Source: Thermoplasmata archaeon (lineage in GTDB: Archaea > Thermoplasmatota > Thermoplasmata > Halarchaeoplasmatales > Halarchaeoplasmataceae). From it: DNA of 55,624 nucleotides. Numbering within the stretch: the stretch's first letter is position 1; each line of letters begins with the position of its first letter. A model generated the notes under the pieces. The model saw only the letters and a list, made by a program, of their open reading frames with translations. It was not told the DNA's origin and did no database searches. Positions 9,274-19,455 of this stretch are shown in pieces. The stretch lies in contig JAWOBZ010000015.1 of the NCBI GenBank assembly GCA_046484045.1, positions 1-55,624 of the forward strand, in the 5' to 3' direction. The translations under genes were made by a program, and so were the position numbers.

Positions 9274-10437
9274 CTAATCGCCTCCTAGTTCTCCGCTGTA
9301 AAGTTCTTTGGCGAAGTGACACCTCGACCAATGATTCTCTTCCACGAGTACCATCTCCGGTTCTTTCTCCATGCAGACCGCTTTGGCGTATTTACATCGA
9401 GGGTGGAATCTACATCCTCTCGGAGGATGAACAAGATCCGGCGGGCTGCCCGGTATCGCTTTTAGCTCGTCTATATGACCCCTTATGTTCGGGAAACCGG
9501 CTTTCAAACCCTCTGTGTAAGGATTAGCAGTGTTATAGAATATAGAAACGATCTCTCCGTACTCCATGAACTTACCCGCGTACATGATCGCTATCTTCTC
9601 AGCCGTTTCAGCGACGACGCTGATGTCGTGTGTGATGAGTATCGTAGCGATATTGAGTGCCTTTTGAAGGTCTCTCACTTCAGCTAGTATCTTGTCCTGC
9701 ATTATAACGTCTAAGGCTGTTGTTGGTTCGTCCATGATGATCAGCGAAGGCGAACACGCCAAGGCCATGGCTATCATTGCTCTTTGTTTCATACCACCGC
9801 TGAATTCGTGTGGATAACCATCGACCCTTGATTCATCGAGTCCAACCAACTTAAACAGTTTGATCGTCCTCTTCTTTGCTTCTTCATAGGTTATATCCTC
9901 GTGTTCCAAAATCGCTTCGATTATCTGTTCGCTCACCTTGTGTACTGGGTTCAAAGCATTCATGGCACCCTGGAAGACCATAGAGATCTCGCTCCACCGC
10001 AGTTTATTGATCATCTCACGCTTTTCCTTAGCACCTTTATCTCTAGACAAGAAGCCTGCGTACTTTTTCCCTTTCTCAGCGATCTTATCTCCTTTGTACC
10101 ATATCTCGCCGCCTGCGATACGACCGTTATCTGGTAATAGGTGGTTGATTGCAAAAGCAGCGGTAGTTTTACCGCATCCGGATTCTCCGACCAACCCCAT
10201 GGTTTCACCGGGTTGGAGCTCGAAAGATATTCCGTCTACCGCTTTGACCTCACCGCTCATGACTTCGAACCTGATCTTCAGATCTTTTACTTCTATCAGA
10301 GTATCTCCAGTGTATTCTTCCTTGATCTTTGCGAATTCCTGTGCAAGTTCCATATCGACTTCGATCTCTTGTGTCTCAGTTACGACTTCTTCCTCTTCTG
10401 TTAGTTCATCTTCAATGACTTTCTCGCTTATTCCCAT
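9274..10437 (-). CDS. oppD: Oligopeptide ABC transporter ATP-binding protein (OppD/DppD-like)
   Basis: GESGCGKT, FSGGMKQR, MDEPTTALD, GCRFHPRC. Confidence 0.9.
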   Translation of the reverse strand: MGISEKVIEDELTEEEEVVTETQEIEVDMELAQEFAKIKEEYTGDTLIEVKDLKIRFEVMSGEVKAVDGISFELQPGETMGLVGESGCGKTTAAFAINHLLPDNGRIAGGEIWYKGDKIAEKGKKYAGFLSRDKGAKEKREMINKLRWSEISMVFQGAMNALNPVHKVSEQIIEAILEHEDITYEEAKKRTIKLFKLVGLDESRVDGYPHEFSGGMKQRAMIAMALACSPSLIIMDEPTTALDVIMQDKILAEVRDLQKALNIATILITHDISVVAETAEKIAIMYAGKFMEYGEIVSIFYNTANPYTEGLKAGFPNIRGHIDELKAIPGSPPDLVHPPRGCRFHPRCKYAKAVCMEKEPEMVLVEENHWSRCHFAKELYSGELGGD

Positions 10438-10448
10438 TGTACCACCTC

Positions 10449-12719
10449 TTACCTCCTCCTCTCTCTGAGTCTTGGATTGACTATCTCATCGAACGCTCGG
10501 GAGATAAAGAAGAATCCAAGAACCAAGACGGTAATACTCAATCCAGGAGGTAGGAACCACCACCATGCGGTGTACGTCGATCCAGAACCTCTAGTCAGGC
10601 TGTACAGCATCTGTCCCCAGCTTGTCGTAGTCGGGTCACCTAGACCCAGGTAACTAAGCGATGCTTCAGCGAGTATCGCACCGGTTATCTGAAAAGTCAT
10701 GTAAAGAAGACTTAGTGGAAGCACGTTGGGTGCTATATGCCTGAACATGATCCTCGCTTTACTAGCGCCCGTTACTCTAGCGGAATCTACGAAAGGTCGT
10801 TGTTTGAGACTGAGTGTTTGGGATCTAATGATCCTGGCTATACCTGGCCAACCTACTACACCGATCACAAAAACGATATTCCAGATGCTCGTACCCATCA
10901 CGGATATGAAAACGATCATGAGTGCTAAACCGGGCATGCATAAGAAAACGTCAACCAATCTCATGAGGATGATATCCACGGTCCCGCCGATATATCCCGC
11001 TGTTATGCCTATCGAGGTGCCTATAACAACGGCGAAGAAAGCAGCTGCAAAACCCACCAGCAGAGCGACCCTAGATCCGAAAACCAACTGTGAAAATATA
11101 TCTCTGCCTTGGTTGTCCGTACCCAGAATATAACTTTCTTTTTGATCAATGTCCGAGGCCCATGATGGTTTTAACGGTGCAAGGAATTTCCCCTGAGCTT
11201 CCCAACCTTCCATACCACCCGTGTAAGTCGTTTCACCGATTCTATCCTCTTCGTGGATGATCGCTAGTGCAGGGTTTAAAGCCCCTTCAACCATGTTGCC
11301 TGGCATCGCGACTACGTTCTTCGGGGCTCCTCCTACGTCCACGGTCCAAACCAACTGTGTTTCCATCTTTGACGCTTCGAGACAGTAAATGTTACCCTCT
11401 TCTGTTGCAGCGTAAACTCTCTCTTTACCGTCCAGGAAGTATATCCTACCATAAATGGGTCCTCTCAATCTGAAGTTCCAACTTGCTATCCTCTCTTCAG
11501 GGGCTGTTGTTAATTCTTCTCTTGCTATGTAGTAGATGGTTCCAACACCCATTTTATTTGCCCCGATCCAAACTCCATTGCCGTTGGGTCTTACCGTCGG
11601 AGTCGTTAGCTCAGCGCCCTCTTCAACATCGGCGATGTTATCGGCACCCAGTTCATCGATGTCTATAGTACGGTTGCTGGGTATGATATAGATCCTGCCG
11701 TCATCACCAGCGGTATAGAAGAACTGATTCGCGCTTTCTCCCTTTTTGATATCGAATGGGATAACGGGTTGAGTTAGTATGACTTCGGCATCAGTGACTT
11801 CTTCGATATTAAAATTCCACATCAATGTACCGTTATCGCAGTAAAGGTAAAGCATATCACCCGATTCCGTTGTGAATATGACCGTTTGGGTGTCAGCTAA
11901 ACCTTCTCCTTTAGGGTTTTTGAAAAGATCGGGCTGATTTAATATTATATCTGACGTATCATCTAAAACACCTTCGAAGGTTTGATTCCACACCATTACA
12001 GGGTCGTCATGGCCGAATTGTGTATCCTTTATCGCATGCACTGAATTCTCGGTGGTTACTATTATCCTTATGTAGTTCGTTTCTTCCCTGACCTCATTGA
12101 TAACCGGCGTATGTTCTATGGATACCGATGTATTACCTTCAAGTTTTTCATTGAGATCAAGACTCCATACGATATCCAGGTTGTTAGCGCTGTCACGTTC
12201 AACCCTGTAGAGGATGCCTGCGTCGGTTCCGACGTAAACCCTTTCATCCCATATATATTGAAAACTTTCGTCGGTATCACCCTTTTCAGGGTATACTTGC
12301 GGTGTACTTGTTCCCTTACCTTCTAATTGCACGTAACTAAGGGTGGGAGCAGTACCTTCTTTTGGATAACACCAGTATAATCTAGCATCTCCACCATCTT
12401 CGCCTACGATGTAGAATGAAGAGGGGTTATTTGCTTTTTCAAAGGCTGGGATGCCGTAGATCTTACTGGGTCCGTTTGCATTCCAGTTCTCCGTGGTCCA
12501 AAGCTGTTCAGCATCGAACATATCTTTGTTAGGTGCCGTCCATTGTGTAGGATGTCTGTTCGTTAAGAACGGCGCGAATATAGCCATCACCAAGAAGAAG
12601 ATGAGGATGATGATGCCGGCGATCCCAAGTTTATTTCGTCTGTACAATCTCCAGTTCTGTTTGAATATCTTCTTGAAATCCCTGTACTTATCCTTTACAA
12701 TTTTTTTATCGAATGCCAT
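10449..12719 (-). CDS. oppC: ABC permease OppC/DppC with a ~450-aa extracytoplasmic insertion
   Basis: N-terminal OppC TM helix; LGTDNQGRDIFSQL and EAA-type loop (FVDSARVTGAS) in the C-terminal third. Confidence 0.85.
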   Translation of the reverse strand: MAFDKKIVKDKYRDFKKIFKQNWRLYRRNKLGIAGIIILIFFLVMAIFAPFLTNRHPTQWTAPNKDMFDAEQLWTTENWNANGPSKIYGIPAFEKANNPSSFYIVGEDGGDARLYWCYPKEGTAPTLSYVQLEGKGTSTPQVYPEKGDTDESFQYIWDERVYVGTDAGILYRVERDSANNLDIVWSLDLNEKLEGNTSVSIEHTPVINEVREETNYIRIIVTTENSVHAIKDTQFGHDDPVMVWNQTFEGVLDDTSDIILNQPDLFKNPKGEGLADTQTVIFTTESGDMLYLYCDNGTLMWNFNIEEVTDAEVILTQPVIPFDIKKGESANQFFYTAGDDGRIYIIPSNRTIDIDELGADNIADVEEGAELTTPTVRPNGNGVWIGANKMGVGTIYYIAREELTTAPEERIASWNFRLRGPIYGRIYFLDGKERVYAATEEGNIYCLEASKMETQLVWTVDVGGAPKNVVAMPGNMVEGALNPALAIIHEEDRIGETTYTGGMEGWEAQGKFLAPLKPSWASDIDQKESYILGTDNQGRDIFSQLVFGSRVALLVGFAAAFFAVVIGTSIGITAGYIGGTVDIILMRLVDVFLCMPGLALMIVFISVMGTSIWNIVFVIGVVGWPGIARIIRSQTLSLKQRPFVDSARVTGASKARIMFRHIAPNVLPLSLLYMTFQITGAILAEASLSYLGLGDPTTTSWGQMLYSLTRGSGSTYTAWWWFLPPGLSITVLVLGFFFISRAFDEIVNPRLRERRR

Positions 12720-12730
12720 TCTTCTTCACC

Positions 12731-13696
12731 TCACAATTGCACCCTTGGATCCAGGTAAGCGTACATCACATCTGCTACAGCATTTGCTACAAGTACCAGT
12801 ATAGCTATGATGTAAAATGCACCTTGGACAACCGGGTAATCATGGGACAGTGTCCTCTCGATCAAGAGTCTGCCCAATCCGGGCCATGAAAAAACCTGTT
12901 CAGTGATAACACCGCCAGCAAAGATGAATGCGATACTGATAGCTACAGAAGTCAAGATGGGCAGCATCGCGTTCCTGGCTGCATGGTGTATCATTATCTT
13001 CCTCTCCGGTAAACCTTTGGCTCTGGCAGTTATTATGTAATCCTCTCCCAGGGTGTCAAGCATCGTGCTTCTCATCAAAAGTGCGATTCCTCCGAGACTA
13101 ACAATGACCAGAGTTATCAACGGAAGTGCCATATGGTAAAGCACGTCTACTATCCTCTCATGGAGAGGCATCTCAACTCCAGGGGTTTTCATCCCCCCTA
13201 CGGGAAATATGTCGAGTTGGGATGAGAATATAAATAACATCAAGATACCGAACCAGAAATAGGGCATGGAACGGAAAACTAAACTGCCGATGATGGCCGT
13301 GATCTCGAATGTTGAACCTCTGTACCATGCCATACCCATACCTATCAGGATCCCGATCAGATACGACAATATAAGTGAAGAACCGAACAGCATCAACGTA
13401 GGTTGGAGTCTAGGAGAAATATCCAACCATACCGGATTCTGCGTCCGGAAAGATCTCCCTAAGTTGAAGGTTAGCATATTCTTCATATAGAGACCATACT
13501 GAACGTGCAAAGGTTCGTCTAATCCCAAATCTGATCTTAACTTTTCCTTAGCTTCAGGTTTCATCTGAGGGTTGATCACCATGTCCGCGGCATCTCCTGG
13601 CATCGCACGGAATATCAGGAACAACATCGTCAAGATAATCAACAATGTTACGAAGACCTGTATCGCCCTTCCGATGATGAATTTATACAATTTCAT
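12731..13696 (-). CDS. oppB: ABC permease OppB/DppB
   Basis: MPGD, GLDEPLHVQY, EDYIITARAKGL, DPRV. Confidence 0.9.
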   Translation of the reverse strand: MKLYKFIIGRAIQVFVTLLIILTMLFLIFRAMPGDAADMVINPQMKPEAKEKLRSDLGLDEPLHVQYGLYMKNMLTFNLGRSFRTQNPVWLDISPRLQPTLMLFGSSLILSYLIGILIGMGMAWYRGSTFEITAIIGSLVFRSMPYFWFGILMLFIFSSQLDIFPVGGMKTPGVEMPLHERIVDVLYHMALPLITLVIVSLGGIALLMRSTMLDTLGEDYIITARAKGLPERKIMIHHAARNAMLPILTSVAISIAFIFAGGVITEQVFSWPGLGRLLIERTLSHDYPVVQGAFYIIAILVLVANAVADVMYAYLDPRVQL

Positions 13697-13756
13697 TTAT
13701 AGCACTTCCATTTTTTTTTGATTGTAAATATAAAGGGGGTAAAGGGGTTTGGTTTT

Positions 13757-16717
13757 TTAGTCTTTCTGTTCCTCTTCTTCGTCTTCGATCTCTGAACCTT
13801 TCTGTTTCTTACTGTACATAACGTATCCGATGATGGCAACTAGTATGATGACTATAAGGCCGATGGCCCACAGTGGGAAACCATCCCCTCCATCATCGTC
13901 ATCATCGTCATCAACTCTTGCTGGTCCTTCCACTTGTATCTCTTCCGTCTCGATTGCAGTTTGATGTCCATCTCTGTTGGCGGTGAACGTTAGTGTGTAC
14001 TCTTCGATCTCTCCTTCTGCTACTTGAGCGGCCCGGAATTCTACTGTTTCACTATCTCCTGAAGATAACATGAACTCCTGAGGTGTTACTTGGGCACCGC
14101 CTGATGTTGGTGCCACGGTAACGGTCACGTTGATGAAATCCATGTCTGCTTCTCCGGACGTGACTTCGACGGTGGTGGTTGCTGCTGAGTCGTATTTTAT
14201 GAGGTTCAGATCAACATCTATGTCTAAATAAAGCTCCGTTAAAGGCTCTGAAGAAACTTGTATATCCTTCGATGTTTTCTGATCGTCCTTCTCAGGTCTG
14301 ATAACCGTTATGGTGACCACTGTCGGTATCTCCACATCGGGTGCGACAAATGTTGCGTTGACGACACCGTTCACATCTGTAACGGCAGATGTTTTCGCTT
14401 CGAAAGTTGCATCATTATCTGATACTTCCAATTCGAGTTCTTCTCCCTGTATCGCATCACCGTTTTTGTCAGTAAGGTAGATAGTTATATCGTGTTCCGA
14501 ATTTTTATTGACTTCATTGGGAGCGGTTATCTGAACACCACCGGACCCTGGACCGTATTCAAGATTGGCGAAGCTGAAACCATTCCATATTCCACCGGGC
14601 CATGAAACCCATCCCTGCCAATCTTTTCTGTATCCGTTGATCTGGTTCCTGTAGTAGAGGACGTTGTACGGAAGTTTCTGAGATATTATACCCTGTATCT
14701 CTTTGACCAACTTGATCTTCTTTTCGGGGTTCATCTCTTTTTCTGCTTCTTCGACCGTTTTATCGAACCTCTCGTTTCTGAAACCCGGCATGTTGTAACC
14801 GCCGGCTTTATCGTTCCTGGAATGGAAGAAAGCTTCCAAGCTTCCTAGTGATTCGAATCCTCCGATAGACCAACCCAATACGTACATATCGTAGTCCCTC
14901 ACGCCTGGATCTAGTCTACCTACCAGAGACTGGAAGTTCTGGCCGGTCGCTTTTATGTTCACATTCAGTTCGCTTCTGAGCGTGTCAGCGATTCTAATTC
15001 CCGCCTTAGCCCTTATAGGATCATATGTTGCTGTCGGTGTAAGAAGCTCGAATTGATCCTTATCCGCGTATATCTCTCCGGAAGAGTCTCTTCTCGGTAT
15101 CGGGTAAACACCGTCTGATGGACCGTCCCAATTTGGGAATCCAGAGAATTCCTGCTGCCACAGATCGTTCTGCTCTACTAAAAGTTCTTCCGATTTATCA
15201 AGATCGAAAGCGTAAGTTTCAACGGTTTCATTGTGATACATACCGTTCTCCGGTGAAACCACGGACCAACCTACGCTACCATAGCCCTGAAGAAGATTGT
15301 TAACGATGTATGATTTCTCGCAAGCGTGGGCTATAGCTTCCCTGAAGAGTTGACCGGTATCTTCACCGTACCAGGTCCCTAGCTGTTCTCCCGATCCCGG
15401 GTAGTTTTTATAACCGAAAGCGGGAACCTCGTGGTTAAATGCCATGTAAAAGAAACCGAAATCAGGGGTGGACATAACGTCCGTATCTGGGCTATTCTGG
15501 ATGTCAGAAATGTACCCTGGGTCGATAGCCCATGCGAAACTGTCCACCTCGCCGTTCTTGAGTGATATAACGGCGGCATCCGTCGTGGCTCTGATCAGGA
15601 ATTCGATACCCGCGAAAGAAGGTCTGAAATCAACCCCTTTCAAGCTAAGACCCTCGGGACGATCTTCATCCAGGGTCCCGTCCACAAAGTAATCGGGATT
15701 CGTATCCAATTGTATGAATGAACCCTCGTCCCAATCATTCCACATGAACATACCGTTACCCGATAGGGCCTCTTTCTGATCCTTTATCGAACCACTCTGT
15801 CCACAGTCCCATCTTAATGCATTATCGTCGCCCTTTGTCAACAGTGTATGGTCCGCCCAAACTTTCATCGGTAGCACCGTTGGGAAAGTAGCTACATAGA
15901 ACATAGAGTAGGCTTCTTTTAATGTAAATTTCATGCTGTAATCATATGTGCTGTCTCCGTTTTCATAGAGCTGAAGTCCTTCGTACATCCCGGTTCCACC
16001 GTTGACGACCCAATTTTCATCTTCGATATCCGTTTTTGATCCGAGCGTTCCCTGTAGGAGGGGTAGGAAACCGGATTGATAAAGGGGTGCTTCCCACTGA
16101 AGCATCTCAGCACTGAAAACAACATCATGTGCGGTGGCTACCTCCATCTTCTCTCCTGGCATAGTATGACTAGAATGAGGTGACTCCCAATCTTCTCCAG
16201 AATCGAACCAATCTCTAGCTCTGTGGAACAAGATATCTGGCCTCATCCTTACAACTACCTGGAGATCCGCGCTGGGTAGAGCTTCATTCGCCACTGTTGT
16301 TGGATCAGGATCTTCATAAACCCGACTCGGGTCGTACGTTCCGTTATCATCGTAATTCAAAGACGGGTCGTATTCTCCCGATCCGCTGGGTCCTATCGGA
16401 CTCCAATCGTATGCCATCCATGGGATGATGTTCTGAGTCTCTTCGTGATATGAACTCAAACCACTGTAAGCAACTCTGACTGCGTAGGAACTCCAAACAT
16501 CCTGGATCGTCAACGTATTTAGGTTTTCGATCTGGCTCTGGAAAGCACAGGTCAAGTATTGATCAGTGGTTGCACGTGTTTTTGCTATCGATTCATTTTC
16601 ATCCATTCGGTCAGCGTTCGCTACTGGCGCTGCTATGCCGATCAATAAAATCAACATAACAAATAGGGTTCCGAAAATCGTAGCCATGCTGCCAAACAAC
16701 TTTACATTCTTCTTCAT
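13757..16717 (-). CDS. oppA: Family 5 extracellular solute-binding protein with C-terminal Ig-like domains and TM anchor
   Basis: Signal peptide; SBP5 features (TAHDVVFS, FREAIAHA, NMPGFRN); beta-rich C-terminal region; TM helix plus charged tail; first gene of the opp operon. Confidence 0.85.
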   Translation of the reverse strand: MKKNVKLFGSMATIFGTLFVMLILLIGIAAPVANADRMDENESIAKTRATTDQYLTCAFQSQIENLNTLTIQDVWSSYAVRVAYSGLSSYHEETQNIIPWMAYDWSPIGPSGSGEYDPSLNYDDNGTYDPSRVYEDPDPTTVANEALPSADLQVVVRMRPDILFHRARDWFDSGEDWESPHSSHTMPGEKMEVATAHDVVFSAEMLQWEAPLYQSGFLPLLQGTLGSKTDIEDENWVVNGGTGMYEGLQLYENGDSTYDYSMKFTLKEAYSMFYVATFPTVLPMKVWADHTLLTKGDDNALRWDCGQSGSIKDQKEALSGNGMFMWNDWDEGSFIQLDTNPDYFVDGTLDEDRPEGLSLKGVDFRPSFAGIEFLIRATTDAAVISLKNGEVDSFAWAIDPGYISDIQNSPDTDVMSTPDFGFFYMAFNHEVPAFGYKNYPGSGEQLGTWYGEDTGQLFREAIAHACEKSYIVNNLLQGYGSVGWSVVSPENGMYHNETVETYAFDLDKSEELLVEQNDLWQQEFSGFPNWDGPSDGVYPIPRRDSSGEIYADKDQFELLTPTATYDPIRAKAGIRIADTLRSELNVNIKATGQNFQSLVGRLDPGVRDYDMYVLGWSIGGFESLGSLEAFFHSRNDKAGGYNMPGFRNERFDKTVEEAEKEMNPEKKIKLVKEIQGIISQKLPYNVLYYRNQINGYRKDWQGWVSWPGGIWNGFSFANLEYGPGSGGVQITAPNEVNKNSEHDITIYLTDKNGDAIQGEELELEVSDNDATFEAKTSAVTDVNGVVNATFVAPDVEIPTVVTITVIRPEKDDQKTSKDIQVSSEPLTELYLDIDVDLNLIKYDSAATTTVEVTSGEADMDFINVTVTVAPTSGGAQVTPQEFMLSSGDSETVEFRAAQVAEGEIEEYTLTFTANRDGHQTAIETEEIQVEGPARVDDDDDDDGGDGFPLWAIGLIVIILVAIIGYVMYSKKQKGSEIEDEEEEQKD

Positions 16718-16798
16718 TTTTAAACACCACTTATAAGTATTAACTTATTTCTAATTCCACTTTATGAAACCCGTCTATAAATATTTTTCTTAATAGAC

Positions 16799-16820
16799 TT
16801 ACCACCCATTTACCACCCAT
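16799..16820. repeat. Perfect tandem 11-bp direct repeat (TTACCACCCAT x2), candidate operator
   Basis: Read directly; lies between the divergent oppA and MTH1187-family genes. Confidence 0.5.
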
Positions 16821-16877
16821 ATAATCGAATCAACAGATACTAATATCCAAATAATCATAGTCGATACCGTGAATCAT

Positions 16878-17183
16878 ATGTTAGCGCAGTTCTCGATAGT
16901 GCCCCTAGACAAGGGAGAAAGCGTGAGTGAATACGTATCAGAGGTTGTAGATATGATCGACAAAAGCGGACTGGATTACCGATTGACACCTATGTCCACC
17001 ATCGTCGAAGGAGATTGGAACGAGGTCATGGACTTAATAAAAAAATGCCATCACCACATGAGAGAACACTCCCGCCGAGTGGACACGTCGATTAAAATCG
17101 ACGACCGAGAAGGTGCAGAGAACAGGCTGGAAGGCAAGATAGAATCGGTCAAGCAAAAATTGGGAAAAGAGCTGTCTACTTGA
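16878..17183 (+). CDS. MTH1187/YkoF thiamine-binding-protein family
   Basis: AQFSIVP, SVSEYV, LTPMSTIVEG, IKIDDR signature. Confidence 0.85.
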   Translation: MLAQFSIVPLDKGESVSEYVSEVVDMIDKSGLDYRLTPMSTIVEGDWNEVMDLIKKCHHHMREHSRRVDTSIKIDDREGAENRLEGKIESVKQKLGKELST

Positions 17184-17184
17184 G

Positions 17185-19326
17185 CTAAAAGTCCATTAGA
17201 GATACCTGTCCGTCTTCCTCCTCTTCATCCGTTACTTCAGATGAGATCTTCTTTCCTATGCCGGGCAGTGCTTTAAGATCTTCTTTAGATGCATTGGCTA
17301 CCTCTCTAGCGGTTTTGTATCCCGCATCGTATAGGATCCTGGCACGTACCCTTCCCACGTTCTCTATGTCCGTCAGCGGAATCAGTTCCTTTTTGATCCC
17401 GTGTTTCATCCTTTTGTTGATATCATGGATCATGTCCGCCTTCTGCTTGTTGTACAGCTTTGCGATCTCGGCAGCGGAGTGAAGAAGCCAATCCGCGGTC
17501 TCCACCTTGTTCCTTATATCTCCAGGCCCTATGTTGTATCTCTTCGTGATCTCATCCTCGGACACCTCCCGGATCCAGTCATTCAATAAACAGGCGGTCT
17601 TGAAAGAAGATAGGTAGTATTCCAGATCGCCCAGGTCTTGGGGAATATCCTGGAACATATCCGCCCTGACCGCTCTAACTTTCTTTTCGTACTTCGCCAT
17701 CTCGGTCTTGTTGATGAAAAGATTGTACATGTCAGGGGTCGATGAGATCGTGTGCAGATAGGATATCGGGATCCCCATCTTCCCTCGGTCGACGGCTTCG
17801 CGGATGATGACCGCTGATAACGGGTCGACGTAAAGGTCTGAAACACGCTTACCGAACAGAGTCGCCTTCCATCTTTCTTCATCTTGTGTTATGAGTTCTT
17901 TTTCTTTCAGCAGTTGCAAGGTCTTGTTTATCCTATCTTCGATGGTCCAGATATCGCTGTGCTGAGCGTAGAAGGTTCTGCCCATGAAATCGAGGATATC
18001 TTCCTGGTTCCGGCAGTGCGTAGTCGCTATCAGGGCGAGCAAGTGTCTTCTCAGAGACGGTTCAGTAGCCATCCTGGAAACGATCACCTCGCTCTCTCCC
18101 ATGATATAATTCTCGAAGATCTGGCGCATACCGCCTTCGTTCCTTGCCATTATCACGGCCTCACCGATATCGTCGTAGCCCGGTCTCCCGGCCCTACCGC
18201 ACATCTGCTTTATCTCTAGAACGGGTATAGGTGCATTGTATCCCAGCAGAGAATCGTACCTCCTGTAGTCTCTGATGACGACCCTCCTTGCAGGCATGTT
18301 GATGCCCGCTGCCAAAGTGGGGGTTGCCACTATGAGCTTGATGAGACGCGCTCGGAAAGCGTCTTCCACCCTCTTCCTTTGATAATTGTTCAGACCCGCG
18401 TTGTGAAAAGCTATACCGGATGCGACCAGCTCTGCCAATTTTTTTCCGATGGAGGTAGTGCTCCTGTCGAGTATATCTTGACTGACTTTTTTCAATTCTT
18501 CTTTTTCATCGTCCTTCAATATCTTATCCACGTTTCCAGCCAAGCTCCGACTCACGGACTCAGTAGATCTCCTGGTGGAGACGAAAACCAGGCACTGTTC
18601 GCCCTTCTCGAGCACGGGTCGGCAGATGCTGTAGAGTTTGTTTCCTCCCGACACCTTTTCTTCTCCATTATCGTCGTATCTGATAGTTCCGTCTAGATAG
18701 ACTCCGCTCCGCAGGTCAACGGGTCTCCATTCACTCTTGTGGTGCTCAGCGTCCAGCCATCCCGCGACGGCCTCTGAGTTGTTGATCGTAGCCGATAGAG
18801 CGATTATCTGAGCATCGGGGTTTACGTGATTAAGTTTAGTCAGCGTGACCTCCAAGGTGGACCCCCTCTCCCTGTCGTTTACGAGATGAACTTCGTCTGC
18901 GATGACCACGTTCAGATCGTGTATCCAGTCTATGTTCTGCCTGAGGAGCGAGTCCGCCTTTTCCGACGTTGCGACGATAACGTCGTAATCCTTTAAGTTC
19001 GGGTCCGGCCGGTCGTAGTTCCCCATGGAAACGGCTACCTTGATACCGACCTCGGAGAATTTTTTTAGATCCCTTACCTTCTCGGAAGCAAGCGCACGGA
19101 GAGGCACTATATACAGAGCCTTTCCTCCCTCTTCCAGCACCTTTTTCATTATCGCTATGTAAGCTAGAAGCGATTTACCCGAAGCGGTGGGAAATGCTAG
19201 AACACAATTTTTCCCCTCTATCACATCGTCTATGCACTCTTCCTGCGGTGGGTACAGTTCTTGGATGCCCATCTCTACGATGACCTTTTTCGCTTCTTCT
19301 GGTATATCCAGCTCTTCTATGTTCAT
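17185..19326 (-). CDS. hel308: Ski2-like DEVH helicase Hel308/Hjm
   Basis: PTASGKS, DEVH, SAT, TLAAGINMPA, QMCGRAGRPG; C-terminal HhH and PIP-like QVSLMDF. Confidence 0.92.
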   Translation of the reverse strand: MNIEELDIPEEAKKVIVEMGIQELYPPQEECIDDVIEGKNCVLAFPTASGKSLLAYIAIMKKVLEEGGKALYIVPLRALASEKVRDLKKFSEVGIKVAVSMGNYDRPDPNLKDYDVIVATSEKADSLLRQNIDWIHDLNVVIADEVHLVNDRERGSTLEVTLTKLNHVNPDAQIIALSATINNSEAVAGWLDAEHHKSEWRPVDLRSGVYLDGTIRYDDNGEEKVSGGNKLYSICRPVLEKGEQCLVFVSTRRSTESVSRSLAGNVDKILKDDEKEELKKVSQDILDRSTTSIGKKLAELVASGIAFHNAGLNNYQRKRVEDAFRARLIKLIVATPTLAAGINMPARRVVIRDYRRYDSLLGYNAPIPVLEIKQMCGRAGRPGYDDIGEAVIMARNEGGMRQIFENYIMGESEVIVSRMATEPSLRRHLLALIATTHCRNQEDILDFMGRTFYAQHSDIWTIEDRINKTLQLLKEKELITQDEERWKATLFGKRVSDLYVDPLSAVIIREAVDRGKMGIPISYLHTISSTPDMYNLFINKTEMAKYEKKVRAVRADMFQDIPQDLGDLEYYLSSFKTACLLNDWIREVSEDEITKRYNIGPGDIRNKVETADWLLHSAAEIAKLYNKQKADMIHDINKRMKHGIKKELIPLTDIENVGRVRARILYDAGYKTAREVANASKEDLKALPGIGKKISSEVTDEEEEDGQVSLMDF

Positions 19327-19455
19327 ATCGCTTCTCTCTTTCTATCCTCGTTATTGAACTGAACATACTAATAAACTTGACGTTCGGGGAGGGGTGGGTG
19401 TAATAGTCTTTTCAACTCCCAAATGATATATAATCCATGTATTTATCTCAAATCG

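Noticed and set aside
17185-17187. Possible pyrrolysine read-through of TAG codons
   Set aside because: TAG ends full-length conserved genes (hel308, radA, archease, oppF) at their expected termini.
19386-19400. G-rich tract as a G-quadruplex or replication-origin ORB
   Set aside because: Only three G-runs, no ORB consensus and no cdc6 nearby; treated as a promoter motif instead.
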